A stretch of 64,000 nucleotides of DNA from Eledone cirrhosa (Eukaryota): contig OZ024743.1 in the NCBI GenBank assembly GCA_964016885.1, positions 75,764,001-75,828,000 of the forward strand, read 5' to 3'. A program made the position numbers and the translations under genes. The first letter of the stretch is position 1. Each line of letters starts with the position of its first letter. Of the stretch, positions 1 to 13,800 are shown in pieces. The notes below the pieces were generated by a model. The model searched no databases. It was given only the letters and a program-made list of their open reading frames with translations, and was not told where the DNA came from.

Positions 1-3000
1 AACCCCCTACCAATACTGCCAATTCACCAACCTAGCATGGCGTCCAACCCTCTACCGATACTGCCAATCCACCACCCTAGCATGGCGTCCAACCCTCTAC
101 CAATACTGCCAATTCACCATCCTAGCATGGCGTCCAACCCTCTACCGATACTGCCAATTCACCACCCTAATATGGTGTCCGACCCTCTACCAATACTACC
201 AGTCCACCACCCATGGTGTCAGACCCTCTACCATACTACCAGTCTACCACCCATGGTGTCCGACCCTCTACCGATACTACCAGTCCACCATCCATGGTGT
301 CCAACCCTCTACCAATACTGCCAATCCACCACCCTAATATGGTGTCCGACCCTCTACCAATACTGCCAGTCCACCACCCTAGGTGTCCAACCCTCTACCG
401 ATACTGCCAATTCACCACCCATGGTGTCTGACCCTCTACCATACTACCAGTCCACCGCCCATGGTGTCAGACCCTCTACCATACTACCAGTCCACCACCC
501 ATGGTGTCAGACCCTCTACCATACTACCAGTCCACCGCCCATGGTGTCAGACCCTCTACCATACTACCAGTCCACCACCCATGGTGTCAGACCCTCTACC
601 ATACTACCAGTCCACCACCCATGGTGTCAGACCATCTACCATACTACCAGTCCACCATCCTTGGTGTCAGACCCTCTACCATACTACCAGTCCACCACCC
701 ATGGTGCCAGACCCTCTACCATACTACCAGTCCACCACCCATGGTGTCAGACCCTCTACCATACTACCAGTCCACCACCCATGGTACCAGACCCTCTACC
801 ATACTACCAGTCCACCACCCATGGTGCCAGACCCTCTACCATACTACCAGTCCACCACCCATGGTGTCAGACCCTCTACCATACTACCAGTCCACCAACC
901 ATGGTACCAGACCCTCTACCATACTACCAGTCCACCACCTATGGTGCCAGACCCTCTACCATACTACCAGTCCACCACCCATGGTGCCAGACCCTCTAGC
1001 ATACTACCAGTCCACCACCCATGGTGTCAGACCCTCTACCAATACTACCAGGCCACCACCCATGGTGTCAGACCATCTACCATACTTCCAATCCACCACC
1101 CATGGTGTCAGACCATCTACCATACTACCAGTCCGCCGCCCATGGTGTCAGACCCTCTACCATACCACCAGTCCACCACCCATGGTGCCAGACCCTCTAC
1201 CATACTACCAGTCCACCGCCCATGGTGTCAGAGCCTCTACCATACTACCAGTCCACCACCCATGGTGCCCAACCCTCTACCATACTACCAGTCCACCGCC
1301 CATGGTGTCAGACCCTCTACCATACTACCAGTCCACCACCCATGGTGCCAGACCCTCTACCATACTACCAGTCCACCACCCATGGTGCCAGACCCTCTAC
1401 CAATACTACCAGTCCATCACCCATGGTGTCAGACCCTCTACCATACTACCAGTCCATCACCCATGGTGTCAGACCCTCTACCATACTACCAGTCCATCAC
1501 CCATGGTGTCAGACCCTCTACCAATACTACCAGGCCACCACCCATGGTGTCAGACCTTCTACCATACTACCAACCCACCACCCATGGTGTCAAACCCTCT
1601 ACCAATACTACCAACCCACCACCCATGGTGTCCGACCCTCTACCCATACAGCCAATCCACCATCCATGGTGTCAGACCCTCTACCATACTACCAGGCCAC
1701 CACCCATGGTGTCAGACTCTCTACCATACTACCAGTCCACCATCCATGGTGTCAGACCCTCTACTATACTACCAATCCACCACCCATGGTGTCAGACCCT
1801 CTACCATACTACCAATCCACCACCCATGGTGTCAGACCCTCTACTATACTACCAGTCCACCACCCATGGTGTCAGACCCTCTACCATACTACCAATCCAC
1901 CACCCATTGTGTCAGACCCTCTATCGTACTACCAGGCCACCACTCATGGTGTCCGACCCTCTACCATACTTCCAATCCACCACCCATGGTGTCAGACCCT
2001 CTACCCTACTACCAACCCACCACCCATGGTGTCAGACCCTCTACCCTACTACCAACCCACCACCCATGGTGTCAGACCCTCTACCATACTACCAATCCAC
2101 CACCCATGGTGCCAGACCCTCTACCATACTACCAGTCCACTACCCATGTTGTCAGACCCTCTACCATACTACCAACCCACCACCCATGGTGTCAGACCCT
2201 CTACCATACTACCAACCCACCACCCATGGTGTCAGACCCTCTACCATACTACCAGTCCACCACCCATGGTGTCAGACCCTCTAGCATACTACCAACCCAA
2301 CACCCATGGTGTCAGACCCTCTACCAATACTACCAGTCCACCACCCATGGTGTCAGACCCTCTACCATAGTACCAGTCCACCACCCATGGTGTCAGACCC
2401 TCTACCATACTTCCAATCCACCACCCATGGTGTCAGACCCTCTACCATACTACCAGTCCACCACCCATTGTGTCAGACCCTCTACCATACTTCCAATCCA
2501 CCACCCATGGTGTCAGACCCTCTACCAATCTACCAGTCCACCACCCATAGTGTCAGACCCTCTACCATACTACCAGTCCACCACCCATGGTGTCAGACCC
2601 TCTACCATACTACCAGTCCACCACCCATGGTGCCAGACCCTCTACCATACTACCAGTCCACTACCCATGTTGTCAGACCCTCTACCATACTACCAACCCA
2701 CCACCCATGGTGTCAGACCCTCTACCATACTACCAACCCACCACCCATGTTGTCAGACCCTCTACCATACTACCAGTCCACCACCCATGGTGTCAGACCC
2801 TCTAGCATACTACCAACCCAACACCCATGGTGTCAGACCCTCTAGCATACTACCAACCCACCACCCATGGTGTCAGACCCTCTACCATACTACCAACCCA
2901 CCACCCATGGTGTCAGACCCTCTACCATACTACCAGTCCACCACCCATGGTGTCAGACCCTCTAGCATACTACCAACCCAACACCCATGGTGTCAGACCC

Positions 3001-4710
3001 TCTACCAATACTACCAGTCCACCACCCATGGTGTCAGACCCTCTACCATAGTACCAGTCCACCACCCATGGTGTCAGACCCTCTACCATACTTCCAATCC
3101 ACCACCCATGGTGTCAGACCCTCTACCATACTACCAGTCCACCAACGATGGTGTCAGACCCTCTACCATACTACCAGTCCACCACCCATTGTGTCAGACC
3201 CTCTACCATACTTCCAATCCACCACCCATGGTGTCAGACCCTCTACCAATCTACCAGTCCACCACCCATAGTGTCAGACCCTCTACCAATCTACCAGTCC
3301 ACCACCCATAGTGTCAGACCCTCTACCATACTACCAGTCCACCAACCATGGTACCAGACCCTCTACCATACTACCAACCCAACACCCATGGTGTCAGACC
3401 CTCTACCATACTTCCAATCCACCACCCATGGTGTCAGACCCTCTACCATACTACCAGTCCGCCGCCCATGGTGCCAGACCCTCTACCATACTACCAGTCC
3501 ACCACCCATGGTGTCAGACCCTCTACCATACTACCAGTCCACCACCCATGGTGCCAGACCCTCTACCATACTACCAGTCCGCCGCCCATGGTGCCAGACC
3601 CTCTACCATACTACCAGTCCACCACCCATGGTGCCAGACCCTCTACCATACTACCAACCCACCACCCATGGTGCCAGACCCTCTACCATACTACCAACCC
3701 ACCACCCATGGTGTCAGACCCTCTACCAATACTACCAAGCCACCACCCATGGTGTCAGACCATCTACCATACTTCCAATCCACCACCCATGGTGTCAGAC
3801 CATCTACCATACTACCAACCCACCACCCATGGTGTCAGACCCTCTACCATACTACCAACCCACCACCCATGGTGCCAGACCCTCTACCATACTACCAGTC
3901 CGCCGCCCATGGTGTCAGACCCTCTACCATACCACCAGTCCACCACCCATGGTGCCAGACCCTCTACCATACTATCAGTCCACCGCCCATGGTGTCAGAC
4001 CCTCTACCATACTACCAGTCCACCACCCATGGTGCCAGACCCTCTACCAATACTACCAGTCCATCACCCATGGTGTCAGACCCTCTACCATACTACCAGT
4101 CCATCACCCATGGTGTCAGACCCTCTACCATACTACCAGTCCACCACCCATGGTGCCAGACCCTCTACCAATACTACCAGTCCACCACCCATGGTGCCAG
4201 ACCCTCTACCAATACTACCAGTCCACCACCCATGGTGCCAGACCCTCTACCAATCTACCAGTCCACCACCCATACTGTCAGACCCTCTACCATACTACCA
4301 GTCCACCACCCATGGTGTCAGACCCTCTACCAATCTACCAGTCCACCACCCATAGTGTCAGACCCTCTACCATACTACCAGTCCACCATCCATGGTGTCA
4401 GACCCTCTACCATACTACCAGTCCACCAACCATGGTGTCAGACCCTCTACCATACTACCAGTCCACCACCTATGGTGCCAGACCCTCTACCATACTACCA
4501 GTCCACCACCCATGGTGTCAGACCCTCTACCATACTACCAGTCCACGAACGAAGGTGTCAGACCCTCTACCATACTACCAGTCCACCGCCCATGGTGTCA
4601 GACCCTCTACCATACTACCAGTCCACCACCCATGGTGTCCGACCCTCTACCATACTACCAGTCCACCAACCATGGTGTCAGGCCCTCTACCATACTACCA
4701 GTCCACCGCC
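1..4710 (-). repeat. Satellite of 40-bp units (41-45 bp at the left end), roughly 115 copies, derived from the SINE 5' tRNA-like head
   Basis: Consensus ccatggtgtcagaccctctaccatactaccagtccaccac. The left-end unit gcatggcgtccaaccctctaccgatactgccaatccaccaccc matches the reverse complement of the SINE head at 25330-25372 at 40/43 positions. Confidence 0.95.
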
Positions 4711-4799
4711 TTATGAGGTTTATATAATGAAATATTTTCAGAATCTCGTAATAAACTCTCCGATCTTTCTAGAAGTGTTTTCACAAAATAACCGCAACC

Positions 4800-5470
4800 T
4801 TATCTCCTCCTCCTCTCATTCCTTCTCTGTCTGTCTCTTTCTCCCTCCTCTCCCATCTCTCTCCCCTCTCTCCCCTTCCTCTCTTCCCCCACATCTCTCC
4901 CCTCTCTCCCTCCACCTCTCTCCCCTTCTCCCTCCACCTCTCTCCCATTTCTCATCTCCTCTCCCCCCGCCTCCCCTGTCCCATCTCCCTCCACCCCATC
5001 CACTCCACCCTTCCATCCCACTTAACCCCCTCACTCACACCCCCTTCCTCTCTCTCTATTACCCTCACTGCCCGCCCCTCTCCTCCTCATTATTTATCTG
5101 CCTCTCACTTTTTGTTCTTTCTCTGTGTCCCTGTCTATCATTCACTCTCCATTTCTGTGTCTGCCTGTCTCTCTCTTTGTCTCTCTCTCCCTCTCTCTTT
5201 CTCTCTGTCTGTCTATCTATGTCTGTTGCCTCCATCTCTCTTTCTATCTTAACATATTTCTCATTCTCCGTCTGTCTGACTGTCTTTCTTTCTCGCTCTC
5301 TCTTTCTCTCTCTCTCTTCTATGTCTGTCTCTGACTCCCTTCTCTTTCACTTTGTCTTTCTTTTTCTCTCTCTCTCTCTCTGTTTCCCCTTTCACTCTCT
5401 CTCTTAACCTGGTTTTCATTCTCTGTCTCTCTCTCTGCCATTTCCTCTTTACTTCTCTTCCTCCCACTCC
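4800..5470. repeat. Polypyrimidine (CT-rich) low-complexity tract
   Basis: Almost purely C/T on the + strand, with (CT)n runs. Confidence 0.9.
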
Positions 5471-5715
5471 CACTGTCCCTAACAGCGGCTCAATTGAGAA
5501 CAATGTCTGGGCGGTAGATCAAAAGATGTGATAATATATAGATCATTTTGTCTTCATATCTCACCGTTTGATCAAAGTGATTTAGAAAGGCGTCAAATAA
5601 GCGGTAATACATTTTAAAAGTCATTGGTTCAAATACTTAACCGACCACAGACTGGCTGTGAGAGGCAGAATGTTGTCAAGGTGATAATCTTTATAGATTG
5701 ATAGACAATAAATCA

Positions 5716-5865
5716 GGCGGCGAATTGTCAAAATCTTTAGAACATCGGATAGAATACTTTGTCGTATTCATTCCGGCTCTTTGCTCTCTGAGTTCAAAAA
5801 GCTTTGCCTTTCATCCATTCGAGGTTGACAAAAAAAAAGTACCAGTCTAGTACTGGGATCGATTC
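5716..5865 (+). mobile_element. Degenerate tRNA-derived SINE
   Basis: Head ggcggcgaattgtcaaaatc, B-box-like ctgagttcaaa, and central gcctttcatcc...gtaccag motif shared with the other copies. Confidence 0.75.
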
Positions 5866-6239
5866 TTCCTCTATATCCCTTTCTCACTTCCATTCTCTCT
5901 CTCTGAAAGAAATCTGCTGTGTTCAGACCTCGAGAGGAGATTGGCTCTACCAGGTTTATATTTAGAAACACCTTTTATTGATATGACGTCCCTACGACTC
6001 CCCGAGGAGTTACAAAACCATACCTGCCTACAATAAAACAGTAAAAATTTAAGCCATTCACACAAACGCATGCACATATAAATACACATGGAAATAGGTA
6101 TACTTTTTATTGGAAAACATCTGGAATAATGTAAAAGAAACAATGAAAATGTTGAGTATATTAAACGGTAGAAAGTAGGAATGAGGGCTATACCAACACC
6201 AGCTAACCTTTGGCTTCATCACCTTACATCTTAGTTTGA

Positions 6240-7520
6240 TGGCAAAAAATTATGATTTCCTCTTACCCCAAAATGAAGGACTGATAAACCTAAGAATTAC
6301 AGACCAATAACATGTCTGGCCACCACAGATAAACACTTAACACCAATAATCACTGATCTTGTGAACTCATTTCTGTAGGAAAACAATATCTTAACAATTG
6401 AGCAAATGGGGTGCAAACAGGGTGCAAATGGGGTGCAAACGGGGATCATATGATTGTAAGGACCAACTATTAATAAATATAATGTTACTGGAAAACTGCT
6501 CTACAAATAAATCCTTGGATAGACTATCATAAAGCCTTTGATAGTGTCCCCCATTCACAGATTCTTCAATCTCTTGAAATTTACAAAATATCCCCGATAA
6601 TTATAAATTTTTTGAAACAAAATATATTTCATGGAAAACAACTTTTTTGTGAAACACAACAAAGGGTCAACAACCTCACAAGAAATGTTGATACACAGAG
6701 GACTATTCCAGGAAGACTCACTGTCCTCTATTCTGTATAGCAATAATCCCTCTTTCTCATGAACTATATGGATGATCTTAAGCTCTTCAGTAAAGATGAT
6801 AGCAAATTAGAGGATCTTCTCAAGACAGTAAAACATTTTAGCGATGACAGATATAGATTTTGGTTTTGATAAAAGTGTAAAATTGACCCTGAAGAAAGGT
6901 AACAGCAAGTTCCAACATAGACTTGAATATAAACGCAAAAATAAGAGAACTGGATCAAGAGGACACCTACAAATATCTTTGCACCACTAAAGTAAGTCAC
7001 ACCTAAATGACAGAAAGAGTCAGAAAAGAATATTATAGGCGAGTGTGACTTATTTTAAACACAGAGCTTAATTCAAAGAAGAGACTATCCATGATAAACA
7101 GCTCAGCAGTGCCTGTTGTTTAATACAGCTTTAACATAGTTAAATGGACAGTACAGGTATCAAAAGAATGGATACTAAGACCCGTAACCCTTTAATTCGT
7201 CACCGTATGTACCTGTTTAAAGCGGACGTTGAGCGACCCTACCTGTTCAGATCTGAGGAAAGCAGAGGTCTAGTCTAATTGGAGCTGTCCTACAAAACAA
7301 CACCAATTGGCCTGCATCTTCAAGTAACCAATGATTGGATGATGTAAGTAGTAAAACAACACGAAGCCAGCAAAAAGATTTACTCGTGATAAAAGAAAGC
7401 ACCAAATATAAACGGGAAATATATCTAAACACTGTTGTGACACATGAAACTCCTCTACCACCAACAAAAGATACATAAATAGAAGCAAAAGAAGCAACCT
7501 TTGAGTAAATGAAGACAAAA
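6240..7520 (+). pseudogene. R4/Dong-clade non-LTR retrotransposon reverse transcriptase remnant
   Basis: Interrupted frames give NYRPITCL, WIDYHKAFDSVPH, RGLFQEDSLS, LYMDDLKLF and KEYYRRV..ILNTELNSK, with many stops and frameshifts. Confidence 0.85.
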
Positions 7521-7574
7521 TCTGTCTGAGGATCTTGTGACTTGACAGATGACTAAATACTGCGGTCCATCTAC

Positions 7575-7735
7575 ACTACGTGACAAAAGTCTAAACACCT
7601 AAAGATACATGTGTGTGTGTGTTTTCTAAAACATGGCGGACCTTGTTGTTTCTTGAGGTCACTGGTTGTGACATGGTGATAACTCGTATGAACATAAAGC
7701 AAGATAAATGAAATAATAATAATAAGAATAAAAAA
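7575..7735 (+). mobile_element. Dong/R4 3'UTR copy with (TAA)n tail
   Basis: Closely similar to 8030-8190 (tctaaacacctaaagat...gaggtcactggttgtgac...taaagcaagataaat) and ends in TAA repeats. Confidence 0.75.
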
Positions 7736-8190
7736 AGAAGGTATGCCTGCTAATTGATATGTCTGTTCCAATAGACAAGAATGAATCTATAAAAACATTT
7801 GAAAAATTGAGCAAGTATAAAGACCTGGAGATAGAAATTGGAAAAATGTGGAAGTTGAGAAATAAAACAATACCATTGGTTGTAGACGCTCTAGGAATGA
7901 TACCTAAGGGGTCTAATGATTACTTATCGCAAATCCCAGGAAACCCACGTATAGAAGAAATACAAAAGATAATACTAATGGGAACTGCCCATATATTAAG
8001 GAAGATTCTGTCAATATAAGTACATCACAATCTAAACACCTAAAGATGTATGTGTGTGTATGTTCTTTCTTGACCATAGCGGACCTTGTAGTCTGTCGAG
8101 GTCACTGGTTGTGACTTTGTGATAACTCGTATGACCATAAAGCAAGATAAATAAATAAAAAAATAGTAATGATAATAATAATAATAATTT
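7736..8190 (+). mobile_element. Dong/R4 3' end: restriction-like endonuclease C-terminus, 3'UTR and (TAA)n
   Basis: CLLIDMSVPID...EKLSKYKDLEIEI..MW...IPLVVDALGMIPK...IQKIILMGTAHILRKILS is typical of the R4/Dong RLE end. Confidence 0.9.
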
Positions 8191-8284
8191 CGTTGATGAT
8201 GATGATGACGACAATAATGATGATAATAATAATGATGATGATGGTGATGATGATAATGTTGATGATGATGATTTCATTGTTGCA

Positions 8285-8344
8285 CCAGGTAAGTAGTATA
8301 AAATATGTCACAACACCGTGACATATTTTATACTACTTACCTGG
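8285..8344. repeat. Perfect 27-bp inverted repeat with a 6-nt loop
   Basis: ccaggtaagtagtataaaatatgtcac-aacacc-gtgacatattttatactacttacctgg. Confidence 0.95.
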
Positions 8345-8372
8345 CTAACAGGCCTGACATAATCATTAATGA
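8341..8372 (-). CDS. Candidate 32-nt host micro-exon (xINDYVRPVSQ), gene unidentified
   Basis: Minus strand reads cttttgttttcatag|TCATTAATGATTATGTCAGGCCTGTTAGCCAG|gtaagtag, with a strong acceptor, a consensus donor and an open frame. Confidence 0.4.
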
Positions 8373-9260
8373 CTATGAAAACAAAAGTTTTTTTTAAAAC
8401 ATTGATTAATATGTCATGTTCTACGGGCAGAACATAATAATTCATAAAACAGGGGAGAGAAAGTCTAATAAACAGAAGCTTATAAATTAATACAGTAAGA
8501 ATATGTTTTGGTTTGTGTGAGGGGAGGTGTGCATGTGTGTGTGTGTGTGGGGGGGGGTATGGTTGTGTGTGTGTGTGAAAGGAGGTGTGTATGTGTGTGG
8601 GGGGAGGTGTGTGTGTATGTGTGCGTGGGGGAGGTGTGTATGTGTGCGGGGGGTATGTGTGTGGGGGAGGTGTGTGTGTGGGGAGGTGTCGATGTGTGTG
8701 GGGGGAGGTGTGTATATGTGTGTGGGGGAGGGATTCAGTGGTTTCTTGTAGACATAGGAGCTTTATTTGTGGTGATAATGAATACGATGACAAAGATAGT
8801 AACACAATTAAGTAATGAAAATAAAGGGAGAAAGAGTAAAGAAGGGCAGATCTGGCTGTATGGGAAAGTAGAAGAAAGGGCTATAAATGACATAAATAAG
8901 AGGAAAAGGGGGAAAGAGCAAGGGCTATTAGGCCAGGGAAGAAAGGGAGGGGACAGGGAGAGAGTGATGGGTTCTATGTCTAGGGTGTGGCAGTGTTTAG
9001 GCTGCGTCTCACAGACAAAGCTGGAAAGGTATTTCCACGGACAATGGCCGGTGACACCGGCTACAACAGCCACCCCACCTCTTGAGGTTCCTTCCTCAGA
9101 CGGGCTGCAGACATACCTATTTTACGGAGGTGCTCGGCTGTACAGGATCCTGAGGTCTCAACGGCGACCGCTGCAAAAAGGAAGCGGCCGGACAAGGCCC
9201 GGTATTATACTAGTGTTTGCAACAATAGCAACAACAACAACAACAATAATAATAATAATT

Positions 9261-9478
9261 GTTTCTACTTTTAGCGCAAGGCCAGCAATTTGAAGGGAAG
9301 CGGAAAGTCGATTAAATCGACTCCAGTGCGTTACTGGTACTTTATTTTATCGACGCTGTAAGGATGAAAGGCAAAGCTAATCTCGGCGGGATTTGAACTC
9401 AGAAAGTAAAGGGCTGTAACTCTATGCCACAAAGCATGGTGCCGGACACTCTACCGATACTGCCAACCCACGGCCCTG
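9261..9478 (-). mobile_element. Full-length tRNA-derived SINE (main family)
   Basis: Minus strand has A-box head tggcagtatcggtagag, B-box ctgagttcaaatccc, central gcctttcatcc..gtcgataaaataaagtaccag and tail ggccttgcgc..agtagaaac. Confidence 0.9.
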
Positions 9479-9529
9479 GTGGATAACAATAAACAATTCG
9501 AAACACTGCTACACACAGCCTTTTATTAC

Positions 9530-10213
9530 TCGCACACATACACACACACACACATACCCACATACACATACACACATATACAATTTACATACACACCAAA
9601 CACATACATACACACGCAAGCAAATACATACACATACACACATACACATACACAATTTACATACAAACTCAACACACACACACACACACGCATACACACA
9701 CACCCAACACAGCCAAGCACACATACACACACACAACATAGCCAAGTACACACACACATACACACACATACAACACAGTCAAGTACACAGACACACATAC
9801 ACCCAACACAGCCAAGCACACACACACATACACATACACACACACCCAACACAGCCAAGCACACACTCACACACACACACCCAACACAGCCAAGTACACA
9901 CTCACACACACACACATACACACACACCCAACACAGCCAAGCACACACACACATACCCTACACAACCAAGCACACACACACACACACACTTACACACATC
10001 TACACACACACACACACACACACATACACCCTGCACAACCAAGCATACACACTTGCACACACACACACACACACAGACACACTACACACAGACACGCACA
10101 CACCCTACACACACACACACACACATACCCAACACAGCCAATCACACACACACCCTACACAACCAAGCACACACACACACGCACACACAGACACACACAC
10201 CCTACACAACCAA

Positions 10214-10248
<35 letters not shown>

Positions 10249-10395
10249 GACAAACACACACCCTACACAACCAAGCACACACACACACACACAGACACAC
10301 ACACTAAACACACACTCAACACAACTAATCACACACACACACACACACTTACACACAACCACCCTACACAACCAAGTACACACACTTACACACCT
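9530..10395. repeat. (CA)n-rich compound repeat with recurring cacccaacacagccaagca / ccctacacaaccaagca motifs
   Basis: Direct inspection. Confidence 0.9.
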
Positions 10396-10861
10396 AGTCT
10401 TCTATCTGTTCTCTCAACATACCAGTATCACTATCACATCTTAGCTGGAAAGATATTTATGAAGTTCTCTAACAATTGTTCCCCGCCGCCTCCTTCATGC
10501 CACTTTCTCATTCTTTCACTAAAGAATAACTCTTACACCTTCCCTACTTTCTCATTTTACTTTCCTTTTTCCTTTTCTTACCCATAATCTGCCCCCCACC
10601 CCTAACCGGGCTTCAATATTTGAAATTTTATTTTTATTTTATTCTATTTTATTCTTTTCCCTTTTTTTAATTTATTATTTTTTTTTCTATTACTTGCCTC
10701 ACTAACACCTTTTGATTACCAACTGTAAGGAGTACTCAATACTTCCCCCTAGTCTATCATGGCTTACTAGCTCTATACGGACATTTAAATTGAATAAATA
10801 AATAACCTTGGCCGTGAAAGGTAAAAACTAGAGAACCAATTTGGTCTTTCTGTTCTTTTGA

Positions 10862-13800
10862 CTTCAGTCTTATTCTTGTAAATCTCATTCCATATCACAA
10901 TCTGTTGTCTTATTCTTGTAAATTTCATTCCATATCACAATCTGTTGTTGACTTATTCTTGTAAATCTTATTCCATATCATACTTTGTTGTTGACTTATT
11001 CTTGTTAATCTTATTCCATATCATACTTTGTTGCTGACTTATTCTTGTAAATCTTATTCCATATCATACTCTGTTGTTGACTTATTCTTGTAAATCTTAT
11101 TCCATATCATACTCTGTTGTTGACTTATTCTTGTTAATCTTATTCCATATCATACTTTGTTGCTGACTTATTCTTGTAAATCTTATTCCATATCATACTT
11201 TGTTGTTGACTTATTCTGGTAAATCTTATTCCATATCATACTTTGTTGTTGACTTATTCTTGTAAATCTTATTCCATATCATACTTTGTTGTTGACTTAT
11301 TCTTGTTAATCTTATTCCATATCATACTTTGTTGCTGACTTATTCTTGTAAATCTTATTCCATATCATACTCTGTTGCTGACTTATTCTTGTTAAGCTTA
11401 TTCCATATCATACTTTGTTGTTGACTTATTTTGGTAAATCTTATTCCATATCATACTTTGTTGCTGACTTATTCTTGTAAATCTTATTCCATATCATACT
11501 CTGTTGCTGACTTATTCTTATTAATCTTATTCCATATCATACTTTGTTGTTGACTTATTCTGGTAAATCTTATTCCATATCATACTCTGTTGTTGACTTA
11601 TTCTTGTAAATCTTATTCCATATCATACTCTGTTGCTGACTTATTCTTGTAAATCTTATTCCATATCATACTCTGTTGTTGACTTATTCTGGTAAATCTT
11701 ATTCCATATCATACTCTGTTGTTGACTTATTCTTGTAAATCTTATTCCATATCATACTCTGTTGTTGACTTATTCTTGTTAATCTTATTCCATATCATAC
11801 TCTGTTGTTGACTTATTCTGGTAAATCTTATTCCATATGATACTCTGTTGTTGACTTATTCTTGTTAATCTTATTCCATATCATACTCTGTTGTTGACTT
11901 ATTCTTGTAAATCTTATTCCATATCATACTCTGTTGTTGACTTATTCTGGTAAATCTTATTCCATATCATACTCTGTTGCTGACTTATTCTTGTAAATCT
12001 TATTCCATACCATACTCTGTTGTTGACTTATTCTGGTAAATCTTATTCCATATCATACTCTGTTGTTGACTTATTCTTGTAAATTTTATTCCATATCATA
12101 CTCTGTTGTTGACTTATTCTGGTAAATCTTATTCCATATCATACTCTGTTGCTGACTTATTCTTGTAAATCTTATTCCATATCATACTCTGTTGTTGACT
12201 TATTCTTGTAAATCTTATTCCATATCATACTCTGTTGTTGACTTATTCTGGTAAATCTTATTCCATATCATACTCTGTTGCTGACCTATTCTTGTAAATC
12301 TTATTCCATATCATACTCTGTTGTTGACTTATTCTTGTTAATCTTATTCCATATCATACTCTGTTGTTGACTTATTCTTGTAAATCTTATTCCATATCAT
12401 ACTCTGTTGTTGACTTATTCTTGTAAATCTTATTCCATATCATACTCTGTTGCTGACTTATTCTTGTAAATCTTATTCCATATCATACTTTGTTGTTGAC
12501 TTATTCTTGTAAATCTTATTCCATATCATACTTTGTTGTTGACTTATTCTTGTGAATCTTATTCCATATCATACTTTGTTGTTGACTTATTCTTGTAAAT
12601 CTTATTCCATATCATACTTTGTTGCTGACTTATTCTTGTTAATCTTATTCCATATCATACTCTGTTGCTGACTTATTCTTGTAAATCTTATTCCATATCA
12701 TACTTTGTTGCTGACTTATTCTTGTAAATCTTATTCCATATCATACTCTGTTGTTGACTTATTCTTGTAAATCTTATTCCATATCATACTCTGTTGTTGA
12801 CTTATTCTTGTAAATCTTATTCCATATCATACTTTGTTGTTGACTTATTCTTGTAAATCTTATTCCATATCATATTCTGTTGTTGACTTATTCTTGTTAA
12901 TCTTATTCCATATCATACTCTGTTGTTGACTTATTCTTGTGAATCTTATTCCATATCATACTTTGTTGCTGACTTATTCTTGTTAATCTTATTCCATATC
13001 ATACTTTGTTGTTGACTTATTCTTGTTAATCTTATGCCATATCATACTCTGTTGTTGACTTATTCTTGTTAATCTTATTCCATATCATACTTTGTTGCTG
13101 ACTTATTCTTGTAAATCTTATTCCATATCATACTTTGTTGCTGACTTATTCTTGTAAATCTTATTCCATATCATATTCTGTTGTTGACTTATTCTTGTTA
13201 ATCTTATTCCATATCATACTCTGTTGTTGACGTATTCTTGTGAATCTTATTCCATATCATACTTTGTTGCTGACTTATTCTTGTAAATCTTATTCCATAT
13301 CATACTTTATTGCTGACTTATTCTTGTAAATCTTATTCCATATCATACTCTGTTGTTGACTAATTCTTGTTAATCTTATTCCATATCATACTTTGTTGCT
13401 GACTTATTCTTGTAAATCTTATTCCATATCATACTCTGTTGTTGACTTATTCTTGTAAATCTTATTCCATATCATACTCTGTTGTTGACTTATTCTTGTA
13501 AATCTTATTCCATATCATACTTTGTTGCTGACTTATTCTTGTGAATCTTATTCCATATCATACTCTGTTGCTGACTTATTCTTGTGAATCTCATTCCATA
13601 TCATACTCTGTTGTTGACTTATTCTTGTTAATCTTATTCCATATCATACTTTGTTGTTGACTTATTCTTGTTAATCTTATTCCATATCATACTCTGTTGC
13701 TGACTTATTCTTGTAAATCTTATTCCATATCATACTCTGTTGACTTATTCTTGTTAATCTTATTCCATATCATACTTTGTTGCTGACTTATTCTTGTTAA

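Noticed and set aside
37-5407. Very long Pro/His/Thr-rich ORFs (up to 936 aa)
   Set aside because: All three frames give the same cyclic peptide because the 40-bp satellite lacks stops on this strand. These are not genes.
8331-8344. U1 snRNA gene
   Set aside because: Only the 10-nt ACTTACCTGG matches. No U1 body follows, and the match is simply the complement of a splice donor.
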